This document shows, in pieces, positions 49,052 through 61,570 of a stretch of DNA of 64,000 bases. The position numbers were made by a program, and so were the translations under genes. A model generated the notes under the pieces. The model saw only the letters and a program-made list of their open reading frames with translations. It did no database searches and was not told the origin of the DNA. Each line of letters starts with the position of its first letter. The first letter of the stretch is position 1. The DNA is taken from NCBI GenBank assembly GCA_977017645.1, contig OZ360222.1, positions 230,330,001 to 230,394,000 on the forward strand, read 5' to 3'. The stretch is from Torpedo marmorata. Lineage: Eukaryota.

Positions 49052-50115
49052 TACAGTGCCCTTCATAATATTTGGGACAAAGACACATTTTTCCTTTATT
49101 TGCCCTTGTGCTCCACAGTTTTAAATTTGTAATCAAACAATTCACATGTGATTAAAGTGCACCTTCCAGATTTTATTGAGTTATTTGTATACATTTTGGT
49201 TTGACCATGTAGAAATTACAGCACTTTTTATACATAGTTCCCCCATTTCAGGGCACCATAATGTTTGGTACATTTGGTTTCACGAGTTTGTGATTACTCA
49301 GGTATGTTTAATCGCTTCATTGGTGCAGGTATAAGAGAGCTAGGCTTGCTTCTAAGCTTTTGATCACCTTTGGAGTCTGTAATTGCCATTTTCAACATGA
49401 GGTCCAGAGTTGTGCCAATGAAAGTCAAAGAAGCCACTATGAGGCTGAAAAACAGAATAAAACAGTAAGAGACATAACCCAAACCTTAGGATTACTAAAA
49501 TCAACTGTTTGGAACATCATTAACAAAAAAGAGCGTACTGGTGAGCTCAGTAATCGCAAAGGGACTGGTAGGCTAAGGAAGACCTCCACTGCTGATGACA
49601 GAATAATTCTCATCATAATGAAGAAAAATCCCCAAACGCCTGTCCGACAGATCAGAAACACTCTTCAGGAGGCAGGTGTGGATGTGTCAATGACTACTGT
49701 CCACAGATTTTATAAACAGAAATACAGAGGCTACACTGCAAGATGCAAACCACTAGTTAGCCACAGAAACAGGATGGCCAGATTAGTTTACCAAGAAGTA
49801 CAGTATTTAAAAGAGTCTGTAGAATTCTGTAAAAAGGTCTTGTGGGCAGATGAGACCAAGATTAACCTGTATCAGAGTGATGGCAAGAGCAAAGTGTGGA
49901 GGCCTAAAGGAACTGCCCAAGATCCAAAGCATACCACCTTATCTGTGAAACATGGTGGTGGGGTTGTCATAGTCTGGGTATGTATGTCTACCACAGGTAC
50001 TGGTGCACTTATCTTCATTGATGATGTAGTGTAACTGCTGATGGCAGTAGCAAAATGAATTCTGAGGTGTATAGTAATATCTTATCCGCTCAAGTTCGAG
50101 GAAATGCCTCCAAAC

Positions 50116-51059
50116 TGTCCTGGAGCCTCCACGTTGATGCAATCACAAAGAAGGCTCGCCAGCGGCTATACTTTGTGAGGTGTCTGAGGAGATTCGATAT
50201 GTCACCGAAGACTCTCGTAAACTTCTACAGGTGTACCGTGGAGAGCATTCTGGCTGGTTGCATCACTGCCTGGTATGGAGGCGACAACTCTCAGGACAAG
50301 AATCTGGGCACTCTCCAGCCAGATGGCATTAACATTGACTTTTCTGCTTTCCACTAAACCTGCTTGACTTTTCCTTTCCCTCCCCCCTCACCTGTCCTTC
50401 CTGTTTTTTTTCCACCCACCCAGCCATCCCTCCTCCCCCTCTTTGCTGCTGACCCCTCCCTCCTTTCTCCACCTATCATCTCCTGCCTTTGCCACCCACC
50501 CCCTTCCCCCCATCATTCTTTTGTTCAGACGCCTGCCGGCATTTTCTCATACTTTGATGAAGGGCTCAAGCCCGAAACGTCGGTTATGTATTTCTAACTT
50601 TGCTACATAAAAGACACTGTTTGACCTGCTGAGTTTCTCCAGCATTTGTGTTTTTACAATAAAATCCAGAGGGTTGTTAACTCGGCCTGTGACATCACAG
50701 GCACCAGACATCACTCCATCGAGGACATCTACACGAGACGGAGTCTTAAAAAAGCAGCCTCTATCCTCAAAGACCCCCACCACCCAGGCCATGCCCTCTT
50801 CACTCTGCTACCATCAGCAAAAACTTACAGGAGCCTAAAGACGAGCACTCAACGGCACAAGGACAGCTTCTTCCCCGCTGCCATCGGATTCCTGAATAAT
50901 CAATGAACCAAAGACACTGCCTTACATTTCGTGCACTATTATTTATATATATTTTTTATAGTAATGTCGTAAGATGGTTATAATATGAATGTTTGCACTA
51001 TGATGCTGCCGCAAAACACCGAATTTCATGACTTGTTCATGACAATAAATTCTGATTCT
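50116..51059 (+). mobile_element. Rex1/Babar LINE 3' fragment inserted in the Tc1 transposase
   Basis: [19 protein letters not shown]...[13 protein letters not shown]; tail aataaattctgattct; flanking repeat CAAACT; nearly identical to 56030-56614. Confidence 0.9.
50302..50655 (+). mobile_element. Penelope-like 3' fragment inserted in the Rex1 piece
   Basis: LGTLQPDGINIDFS (GIY-YIG C-terminus), pyrimidine tract, hammerhead-like TTGATGA-a-GGGC-TCAA-GCCC-GAAAC-GTC at 50554-50581. Confidence 0.8.
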
Positions 51060-52242
51060 CAAACTCATTGGACGGCGCTTCATCCGACAGCAAGACAATG
51101 ATCCCAAACATACTGCTAAAGCAACAAAGGAGTTTTTCAAAGCTAAAAACTGGAAAATTCTTCAATGGCCAAGTCAGTCACCCAATCTAAATCCAATTAA
51201 GCATGCCTTCCATATGCTGAAGAGAAAACGTAAGGGGTCAAGCCCCCGTAAAAAAGCAGGAGCTGAAGATGGCTGCAGTAGAGGCCTGGCAGAGCATCAC
51301 CAGAGAAGATACTGAGCACCTGGTGATGTCTTTGAATCACAGACTTCAAGCAGTCATTGCATGCAAGGGATATGCAACAAAGTACTAAACATGAATAATT
51401 TAATATACATTCCATTGCTATGTCCCAACTATTATGGTGCCCTAAAATGAGAGGACTATGTATAAAAAGTGGTGTAATTTCTACATGGTCAAACCAAAAT
51501 GTACACAAATAACCTTGAATAAAATCTGGAATGTGCACTTTAATCACATATGAATTGTTTGATTAGAAATTTAATACTGTGGAACACAGGGGCAAATAAA
51601 GAAAAAAAGTGTCTTTGTCCCAAACATCATGGAAGGCACTGTATGTCAGAAAGAAACATCATAATTTGTGCTCATACCTCTGGAAATACTTCTGCCTGTT
51701 TACAACTAGCCATCGTAAAGTGCTTTTAATGTAAAACACACAAAGGCACTTCATGGTAGATTATCAAAGAAAAGCTATTGCTGAGGCAGAAAAGGAGATA
51801 TCAGGAAAATAGATAGCAGCATTTTTGCATTTTCTTATGAGATCAATCAAGCCTATGCCAGCTCTTAGAACATTCCCATCAGCCATATTCCCCTACTTAG
51901 TTTCCTATGACCAGTTTCTTCTTACATGCTCATCAAATATCCCATCACTCTTCTGCCAGCCATCTACACGAGTACTACTACCCACCAGTACATCTATGGG
52001 ACACTGGAGAAAGATAGTGAGGACATATCAAAGTCTGCTGCGAGGCAAATAAAGATGATGTGACGTAGATTATCTTTGTCCCAATCATATACCAGTTTGT
52101 AAGGTGATATACCTGCTGTCAACATTATAAAAAAATGATAGCCCTTAATTAATCTTCATTAGGCAAATAATGTATTGTCTGTGGATTGACTGGAGATCTT
52201 CTATTAACCTTGTGAAGGTATCAACAATACGTAAACGTACAT

Positions 52243-52419
52243 TTTTGGTCTCTTTGCATTTGACTGCTCAAATTTCAACATCAGGCTTTACAATGTAATT
52301 ATTTTCCATATTCAATTTATTTAACAGAAAAAATGGTTGAATAATTTGAACATGAAATATAATTACATTGTAAAGACTGATATTGAAATGTGAGCAGTCA
52401 AATGTAATGAGACCTAAAA
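52243..52419. repeat. AT-rich imperfect palindrome (arms about 83 bp, spacer about 10 bp)
   Basis: ttttggtctctttgcatttgactgctcaaatttcaacatcag...tttacaatgtaattat pairs with ataattacattgtaaagactgatattgaaatgtgagcagtcaaatgtaatgagacctaaaa. Confidence 0.8.
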
Positions 52420-54194
52420 GTTTCCACCATTTCCTGTTGAGAGAGTAAACATAAATACTGTAGTGTCAATTCCCCAAATTGATTTTCTTTTCTTTCCATG
52501 GTATCTTCAGCTCTACTTCCACTTTCCTAATTTCCCTTTCCTTATTCTAGTGCAGGATTTAGGAAACAATCCTTGAACACTTCATGAAATTTTCTTCCTA
52601 AATCTTTTTCCAGAAATTCTAATTTCATAGAGCAAGATCTCTTTCACAATCTTTTTTTAAAAAACAGTTTGATTAAAGGAGATCTGTTGTGCTCTTTTTC
52701 TCATGGCACGTTGACACCATCAGAATATTGGAATTAGGTTTGTATGTGTGCACACTTGCACTTAATTGGTGTAAACTAATTACTCCTGAAAGAGCAACAA
52801 ATTGCAACAGCAGTAAACATGAATCAAGCACAATGAAAGATGTTCAAAAGAAGATAATTAAGAAGGCTATATAAAAAACAAAAATAAGCAGAATTATCAA
52901 TAAGAAATAAGGAGAACCAACACTAATCCAATATCTACACCAATGAAAGAACTGGGTACACTCACCATCAATAAGCATATTTGATTAATGAGCACCTGTA
53001 AAGAAAGTCTGGCATGCACCAGATAAGGGAGACTTCATTTCACTGGGATTTTGTATTTTGAACACAATCATTTGCAAGTGTTTCTTCTGGTTGGGTCTAT
53101 TTTGCTGTACCTTTTGAAATAATTACGAGAATGGCATAGAGATTATTAGATGGTGGAGGAGCCAATCATAATTCAACTCTGAAAATGTTAGGAACCCCTT
53201 GTACCCTTGATCGTCCACTGGTATGAATTCGATGCTTTTGTAACTAGGACTTGGAATTTCACTCTCTGAAGCATGAATGGTTGATTAAATAGCCTTCTTC
53301 GTACAGGAGAAATTCTACGAATTACAGTGCAGAGTTTTGGAAGGTTGTCTTTCTTATTGAGTTGTAGCTGTCACCTAACCGTACACACGGAGGTAAACAA
53401 GAAAACATAGAGGTAATCATACACGAGTAGGTATGCTTGTAAATAATGTGTGTATGCCCAAAGCAGACCAAGTTAGACTGTCGAAACTGGTGTGAACTTT
53501 GAAGAATCCAAAGCAAGAAAAAAGTGGGAGAGACTGCAACTTCATGAAGGTAAAGAAATACATTAGGCTGCTGTGTCAGTAAACTGCACAGCAATAACTC
53601 TCTGCTTTTATCTGTTGCATTAATATTTTATGTGTTGACAACCTATACAGATAAGATTGATATCCTAAATATTGCTGAACCTTCAAGTAAGCTAACAGAC
53701 CCAGGAGAAAAAAAATCTGCAACCTCCATAGTGTGACTGCGTATTCAATTGACAGGTGCTATGACCACCATAATGTCTACAATATTTAATTTTCTCATAG
53801 AAACTGATAAGAACTAGAAAGACCTGATTAGTAGGCAACAGAGCATTTCTGCACTAGATTCTCCACTAATTTGTCACGATCATTGCTGAAATGAATAACA
53901 GATAAAAGTCAGTAATGGATTCTGCTGAGTCAGTCTAAGGAGTAGGGACCAAAATTAACAGGAAGAACTAGAATGGTAATATTCACAGAATTATTACCGA
54001 GCCATGTGCAAATTGGCATGTAGTCAAACAGATCAGCGAGTTGAATGTGTGCCTCAATGAGCGATGTGGGAGAAAGAGGTTTTAACTCGTGAGGCATTGA
54101 AACATATTTAAATGGAACATGTTCAATCTTCACTTGAATTAGACAGGGAAAGTCAAATACTTAAGGCTAAAGATAAGGCTTTAAAGTAGATAGT

Positions 54195-54512
54195 GGGTCA
54201 AGGGGTTCCAGGAAAAGTACATTTAGAATGTTGGAGAGGAAGTACAGGTATGAGTGAGAATAAGTTGTGTCAGAGGGCACTGTTGTGCAGCCATAATATT
54301 CTTCCCACATTCCCATCGATTCCAACCAGATTGCATCACCTTCCTTCACTCTCGGGAAATTTACAGTGCCATTTATCTGACAGCTCTTTTGTACATGAGA
54401 GGGAAGTGGAATAATCAGATGAAATCCACACAGACAGCACCAGAAGTCAGGATTAAGGCCACAACTTTGGAGCCATGAGCAGCTGCACAATCAGCGGCAC
54501 CACTGTGCCCAG
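54195..54512 (-). mobile_element. Old tRNA-derived SINE
   Basis: Minus strand ggcacagtggtgccgctgattgtgcagctgctcatggctcc ... cctgacttctggtgctgtctgtgtgga. Confidence 0.6.
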
Positions 54513-55309
54513 CCCCATGCCACTGTGCTGCCTACCTTGTAGATGCTGAGTGTAAGGCCATCCTTCTTTACACTTCTGTGAATGAGTTAATGATGGCTTG
54601 GAGTTTGTTTTTGTACTGCATTTTGACATTTTTTTGTCGGAATGACCTCGGTTATGGAATGTAATCAACACACGTAGAAAAGTTTCCTATTTGTTCAATA
54701 TTAGCTTATTCCCTTGGGAAGATTCTTGGAAGTAAAGTGTGGCTGATGCCTTTCCTGCAAGCCTTTCAAACTTTTCAAAGAGAATAGCCTTTGGATAAAA
54801 TAATTTATATCTTGTAGCCAGTAATAGGTGTTCATTTTAGGATACATCAGTCAGTGTACCAGAAGATGAAAGTAGGTGCATCATAAGTATTGCATATTGA
54901 GAACCCTTTTAAAAGTGGAATGAAAGCATTAGTTTTGACATTAAATATCTTCTCATAAAGCATTCAGGAATTTTCTTCCTCTGGGGAAAAAGGAATTACT
55001 CAGTGCAATTTTGACTTTGTAGAAATTGAGGACAAAGAGCTTTTGGAGCATGTGCAAACAAATCCTATCTGCCAATAATTGTCCTTTAGCCATGCATCTG
55101 ACTCAAGCCCTCTAATCCTGGCAATATCTGGGTGAATTTCCTCTGCACCCTGTCCAATTTATTCAGGTCCTTCCACGAAGCCAATTTTGAATCCAATTAG
55201 CCTGCTCCCCTTGGAATCCATGTGATTTACCCTGAAAGACTAACCTACCATGTGGGACCTTGTCAAAGACCTTGCTAAAGACCATACCTAGAATGTCCAC
55301 TGCCATGTC

Positions 55310-56614
55310 CACCGCCCAGTAGCACTAACTTCTACTGTGATGAAATGCTTTGAGAGGCTGGTCATGGCCAGAATTAACACATACCTAAGCAAAGATCTGG
55401 ACCCACTGCAATTCGCCAATCACCACAATCGCTCTACAGCAGATGCAATATCGCTGGCTCTCCACTCAGCTCTGGATCACCTCGAAAACAGCAATTCATA
55501 CATACAGTTGCTCTTCATCGACTACAGCTCGGCCTTCAATACCATTATTCCCTCAGTGCTGGTCAAGAAACTACAAACTCTAGGCCTATGTACTCCCCTC
55601 TGCAACTGGATCCTTGACTTTCTCCTTGGAAGACCACAGTCAGTACAAATTGGAAACAACGTCTCCTGCTCACTGATTATCAACACAGGCACACCCCAAG
55701 GATGCGTGCTTAGTCCACTGCTCTACTCGTTATACACTCATGACTGTGTGGCCAGGCACAATTCCAATGCCATATACAAGTTTGCCGATGACACCACAGT
55801 TGTCGGCAGAATCACAAACGGCAATGAGGAAGCGTACAGGAGGGAGATAGATCAGCTCGTTGAATGGTGTAATGACAACAACCTTGAGCTCAACGTCAGC
55901 AAAACCAAGGAGATGATTGTGGACTTCCGGAGGAAGTCAGGGGAACACAACCCAGTCCTGATCGAGGGCTCCCTAGTGGAGAGGGTCAAGAACTTCAAAT
56001 TCCTGGGTGTCAACATCTCCGAGGATCTGTCCTGGAGCATCCACGTTGATGCAATCACAAAGAAGGCTCGTCAGCGGCTATACTTTGTGAGGTGTTTGCG
56101 GAGATTCGGTATGTCACCAAAGACTCTTGTAAACTTCTACAGGTGTACCATGGAGAGCATTCTGGCTGGTTGCATCACTGCCTGGTATGGCGGCGCCAAC
56201 TCCCAGGACAAGAGTAAACTCCACAAGGTTGTTAACTCGGCCTGTGACATCACAGGCACCAAACCTCACTCCATCGAGGACATCTACATGAGGCGGTGTC
56301 TTAAAAAAAGCAGCCTCTATCCTCAAGGACCCCCACCACCCAGGCCATGCCCTCTTCACTCTGCTTCCATCGGGGAAAAGGTACAGGAGCCTAAAGACGA
56401 GCACTCAACGGCACAAGGACAGCTTCTTCCCCGCTGCCATCAGATTCCTGAATAATCAATGAACCAAAGACACTACCTTACTTTTCGTGCACTATTGTTT
56501 ATAATTTTGTATAGTAATGTCGTTAGATGGTTAATATGAATGTTAATTGCACTATGATGCTGCCGCAAAACACCGAATTTCATGACTTGTTCATGACAAT
56601 AAATTCTGATTCTG
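55310..56614 (+). mobile_element. Rex1/Babar LINE, 5'-truncated RT, inserted into an antisense CR1 remnant (about 55170-55309 and 56615-57120)
   Basis: ORF 55337-56455: [51 protein letters not shown]; tail ttctgattctg; flanking repeat ATGTC. Confidence 0.93.
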
Positions 56615-58787
56615 ATGTCATCATCAATCTGCTTTATCACCTGTTTAAAAATCTCTTTCAGATTCGTGAGACATGATTTCCCACACACAAAGCCATGCTG
56701 ACTACTTTCAATCAGTCCATACTATCCAAATGCTGGTAGATCCTGTCCCTCAGAAACCCTTCCAGCAGTTTTCCGACCACTGATGCCAAGCTTACTGGCC
56801 TGTAGTCCCCAGGCTTGTCTTTGCTGCCCTTTTTAAATAACTGCACAACATTAGCCACCCTCCAGCCTTTTAGCTCTTCACCCAGGCCTACGATTACATA
56901 AATATCTCTTCCCTAGTTTCCCATAAGATGCAAGGAAACATTTCATCTGGCCCTGGGGATTGTCCACCTCAATATTCTCCCCCAAGATTACCAATACTTC
57001 CTCCTGGCACTTCTGAAATGGTCCTGGACATTTCCTTCAATTCCTTCGCTTCCATGATCTTTTAAAAATTGATGAGAAATATTCATGTAAAATTTCACCC
57101 AACTCCTGTGAGTCCACACAGAAACAGCCATGTTGATCTTTATTCTAAACTGCAAAGGAATAAAGGGATCTAGTTCTTTGTGGCTGGTCTGTAGGCTCCA
57201 GAATCAATTTTTACAAAATCAAGACAGGAACAGAGATAATACGATCAATCTATATAAAAATGTAAACCATGAGCATGCACCTAAAATGATTTTGATGTTC
57301 ATTATCTGGTACACTGACCTATATTCCCTTAAATATATGGGAATTATTCACGTTTTAGGTTACATGGGATCCCAATCAGCTCAGGCTGTTTTACATTACT
57401 TGCAAATAAGCTGATTCTGAGAGATATCTTTTCAAACAAAAGTCAGTCCTCTTCATCTCACTTACAGGATGAATAAAATACTCTGATAATGAATAATTGG
57501 CCAAAGATCTTCATGATCAGATTAATAAAGAAAATACATATTGTGCCTGCTGCACCTTTAGAAAGTTAGATTGCATTTCAAAAATATTGATGGGTGAAAG
57601 TATAATATGCCACAATGCCAGAAAAACCTAGTAAATTCTTTAAGCTAGTTGCAAATGTGAGTTGCAAAAGGAGTTTGTTTCACGATTCAAATATGGAGCA
57701 AAGAATGGAATCAGTAAAACAAACATGCAGTGTCGCAGTTGCAATTTAACACTATGCTGTTCTGCCTTTTAAAAATGTGTCAAAAAGTTTCAAGAGTTCT
57801 TGAAAGCAACATAAAGCAAGTACTGATTTAACAAGAAAGAACCTGCTGCAAAAACACTGAATGACAAAAAGAGTTACATCTTAAGATAAGTACAATATTT
57901 AAAAGTTGCATCAATTGGATCATGTGGGTGCATTTCAACCACAGTGAACAGTCACAGCCAGCACAAAAGAATATAAGGGCATAAAGATAGAAGCATGAAT
58001 AGACAATTTGACTTTTTGTTTCTGCTCCACCATTCAATAAGATCGTGGCTGAAATTTCTTCACATCTCAGTTCTGAATGATGACAACTTGCAATGTGTGT
58101 TTCCTCTTCATTCTTAGCCAAGGGACATATCATCCAAGCATCTTTCCAGTCAAGTCCATAAGAATGAAAATTTAAAAGACTGCAGATGCTGGAAATCTGA
58201 ATCAAAAACAGAAAATGCTTGGAAAAACTCAGAAAGCCGCACAGCGTCTGTGGAAAGAAAACAGACAATATTTCAGATTTGTGACCCTTTGTCAAGAAAT
58301 AAAAGTCTATTAGAGTATAGTGTCTTTAATTCAGGCCACCTAAACTCGAGGAAATATAGGTACAAAATCCTCAAATGACAAATCGGCCATCTGGTGAATA
58401 CCGGGCCCCGGGTGTGTCAAAGATGTGCAAATGTTCAAAATCCGAAATAAAAAAAAAACAGAAAGTCAGCTGGCGTCTGTGGAGAAAGAAGGAAAGTTAA
58501 TGTTTCAAGTGGATGGTTCTTAACACAACGTCCAATCTGGTGAGTATCCTTTGCATTCCCTGCATCACAAGCATATCCTTCGTCTGTCTGGTCGGCGGAC
58601 CAGACCAGTTCACCACATTCCAAGCACATTTGTTTTCCGGAACCAAGTCTGAATGCATGGGGTTCCACCCGGTGCAGTTTGAAGATGGACCGCGAACAGA
58701 GGGGGGGAAAGGTGCAGCGGGAGAAAATGTCCGGGTAGTGGGGCACTACAGCCGAGGTGTGCTGTTGGAAGTTTGCGGTCATGGACT

Positions 58788-59348
58788 ATGGGCGATAAGG
58801 ATCTGGAAGCATTTCGACAGCAGTGGAAGGTCGAGATCTCGGGGAACGATTGCACCAATAGGGGAAACGGCACGGGCGAGTGGTGCAACAAAAGGAGACG
58901 CCAAGGGGTCCCGGGGCCCGGCTACCATGGGGACAAGGGGGTCCCGAGATCCAGTTACCTTGGGGACAAGGGGAGCCCGGGGCCCGGTTGCCATGGAGAC
59001 GCGAGCCCAGGGCCCGGTTGTCATGGGGACAAGGGGATCCCAAGGCCCGGTCATCACGGGGACAAGGGGATCCCCGGGCCCGATCCCGAAGGGTCGGCGA
59101 GTCGCAGCCCTCCGCCGCCCGATTACATCTACCTGGCGGAGAGTCTGTTGAAGGGGCGGACCAGCCCGCTCAGGCACCGTATCCAGAGTGAAAGACGCCG
59201 CCGGAGCGGGCACGTCGCTAGATGCCATAAAGGGTCGGGCAAGCCGGCCGAAGGCTGCGGGAGTCCTCCAGGCCGAAGCGCACGGGCCCCGGGCGGCGGC
59301 GGCATCAGCAGCGAGGAGAGCCTGCTCGACCAGTTGATCAGCGACCTG
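58788..59348 (+). CDS. FBXW8: FBXW8 coding exon 1 (187 codons); remaining exons lie beyond the window
   Basis: MGDKDLEAFRQQWKVEI resembles human MDDYSLDEFRRRWQEEL; ends ESLLDQLISDL (human EQLVDQLIRDL) then GTAATC donor; syntenic with HRK and RNFT2. Confidence 0.87.
58905..59085 (+). repeat. Coding minisatellite (about 33 bp, 11 aa PGPG.HGDKG.) inside FBXW8 exon 1
   Basis: PGPGYHGDKGV-PRSSYLGDKGS-PGPGCHGDAS-PGPGCHGDKGI-PRPGHHGDKGI-PGP. Confidence 0.85.
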
Positions 59349-61239
59349 GTAATCACCACGGCTTCTTCTACCCACGCCTGTTTTGATCATCACAGGCAGC
59401 CAGCATTTAATTGTCAGCATAAGATAATCGGTTCATTTTAATTGTCCATTTTCCATTCAGTTAGCATTTTGCATATGTCTCGAGGTTATATCTATACTTG
59501 GAGCTCTGTGTTCTGGGGATCACTTGTGCATTAGTCTTTTATTGCTACGAAGCCGTACATACAACTCCGTGGGTATGCTGTCAGATGTGTATGCGATTAG
59601 CGATCAAGCGAGTCGAGGAAACCAGAAAATGCGGAATTCCCTGGGGAAAAGCTCCGTGCTTGATATTACTGTAACGGGGTTATTTGCGGTTGTATTGCAC
59701 CATAAGTCAAACTGTTAGATCACTGATGAGTTAAGGTCAGAGGCGCAGCTGACAGTCGTGTTACGACGATTTCAGAAGCTGCATTTTCGAGTTACTGTAA
59801 GTGGTACTCTCTTCTAAATGCTACTTATCATCGGAAAATTACGCTTAGAAACTAAGCTGTGTGTGGGAGTGAAAGTCATTAGGAACTAACCACCAAGGGA
59901 TCCCAAGGGTACAGTTACTGCCTCTTCATTACATCTGCGGCAAGTCATAAAACTAATTGAAGATTGTTATTTGCGAGTGATCAACTGAGGTATTGGAATT
60001 AGAAGCCGGTACACCGATTCAAAATGTTGTTTCAAAGTTGTATTCGTTTGTTTCAACGTATCAAAAAAAAGAGTTATCAATTTAAAACATGAAATTGCAG
60101 TCATGGCAGCAGATTGTTCTCTTGTCATTTCAGCAATTAAGAGTGCAGAGTTTACTTCAAGAACTAAAACAAAATGTTATCGATATTTGTCAGATTGGCA
60201 GGACCAGAAGAAACTGAATTCAATCGGATCATTTTGTTTTCATGTGAAAATAGAGTGGTCAAATTTGATAAATCAATTGATTTCTCAGAAGGGCGGTTGC
60301 AGAAATCGTATGACTTCTCATTTTAATATTTTGGATTTTCATGTGTATTATTGTATACTTTTGTGAGAAATATTTCTGAGAATTTTTCAAGCAATTATTT
60401 TTGGATTCAGTTTTAAATTAATTTTATTACAATGATCCTGATTGAATTATGGCAGCATTTGTAAATGAAAAGCAAAACAAGCCTGCAAATTACCGGTATA
60501 TATACTTTTTTAATGAAGAATGCTGGAAATACTCAGCAGGTTGGGCAGCATCTGTGGAGGAAGAAGCAGAGAGTACTGTTTTAGGTTGGTGATCTTTCAG
60601 AAGATCCAGGAGAAATAAGAAAACAAAAATGTTTAAAGTTGCAGAGAAGTTGGAAATGTAGGAAAGGGAGACTGAGCTCAGCAAAAAGTGATGGTGTCCA
60701 CGGAGGATGGTGAGGGCTTGTTAATCATGGCTGATTCATTTGGAGGAGGTGTGAATAGAGGAAGATGAATGAAGATAAAGCAGTTAGAGAGAAAAAAACC
60801 AATGCTGGAACTTCAGAACACTGTAGTTGCAGAAAATCCTAAATTCTTTTTGTTTTTCTTTCTCTCTCAGTGGGTTTTTAGGTATTTTCCAAGTCTCATT
60901 CAAAGTGAATTCTCAGTCCCACATATTTAGGATAAATACAAATAAAAAAAATAGATTCTTGAGTTGTGTGTAATTCTAGAATAATGAAACACAGGTCGGC
61001 AGTGGATAGAATTCTATTTTAAACATTCCTCTGATTAAAACAACTCCAAATTCACTTTGATGCTTTATTCATTTTAAATAATTGCTCGATTGCCTCACAC
61101 TTACTGCCAGCAATGCTGTAGATGGGGAAACAGCTAGTTTTGGTTTATTCAGATTCTATTATTCTCGAAAAAAAATTGGTATACCGTGTATGACTAAATT
61201 TAAGCAAAAGAGGTTGTGCTTGTTATTTGCAAGACATGA

Positions 61240-61570
61240 ACAAATTTCCAGTCTCCTTTCCTCCAGCTCCTCACCCTCTTTCCTCTCCATTCAGAGAGCT
61301 ATCTCCTCCCCTGATCACTTCTCAGCTTCTTTTCTCTTCTACCCTCCCATCCATATCCATCTATAACCTCTTACCTGTCCCTCCCACTGCCCATTTCTTC
61401 CTCCTGTTCTCTCCTCCCCACACCATTTTATTCAGACACCTGCCTGCTTTTTGCTCATGCTTTGACAAAGGGCTCAGGCCCGAAACGTTGGTAACCATTT
61501 ACTTCCTATAGATGCTGTGTGACTTGCTGAGTTTCGCCAACACTTTTGTGTATTGCATTCAGTTTTACTA
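61240..61570 (+). mobile_element. Penelope-like 3'/pLTR fragment
   Basis: Pyrimidine tract then tttgacaaagggctcaggcccgaaacgttgg and gctgagtttcgccaacact. Confidence 0.7.

Larger units (their letters stand above)
49054..51641 (+). mobile_element. Tc1-family DNA transposon with long (about 220 bp) TIRs and a disrupted transposase
   Basis: TA|CAGTGCCCTTCAT ... ATGGAAGGCACTG|TA; TIRs about 49054-49272 and 51424-51641; HTH, GR.RK, VLWADETKI, TLSVKHGGG, QDNDPKH, WPSQSPNLNPI, GYATKY* (stop 51386-51388). Confidence 0.95.
58600..59400. promoter_or_regulatory. CpG-rich region over the FBXW8 5' end
   Basis: Visibly elevated GC and CpG relative to AT-rich flanks, not attributable to a repeat. Confidence 0.65.

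Noticed and set aside
58513-59420. Alternative overlapping ORFs (58513-59151 +, 58779-59420 -), including a collagen-like reading
   Set aside because: Only the 58788 frame has FBXW8 similarity at both ends and a correctly phased donor; the others reflect high GC and the 33-bp repeat.
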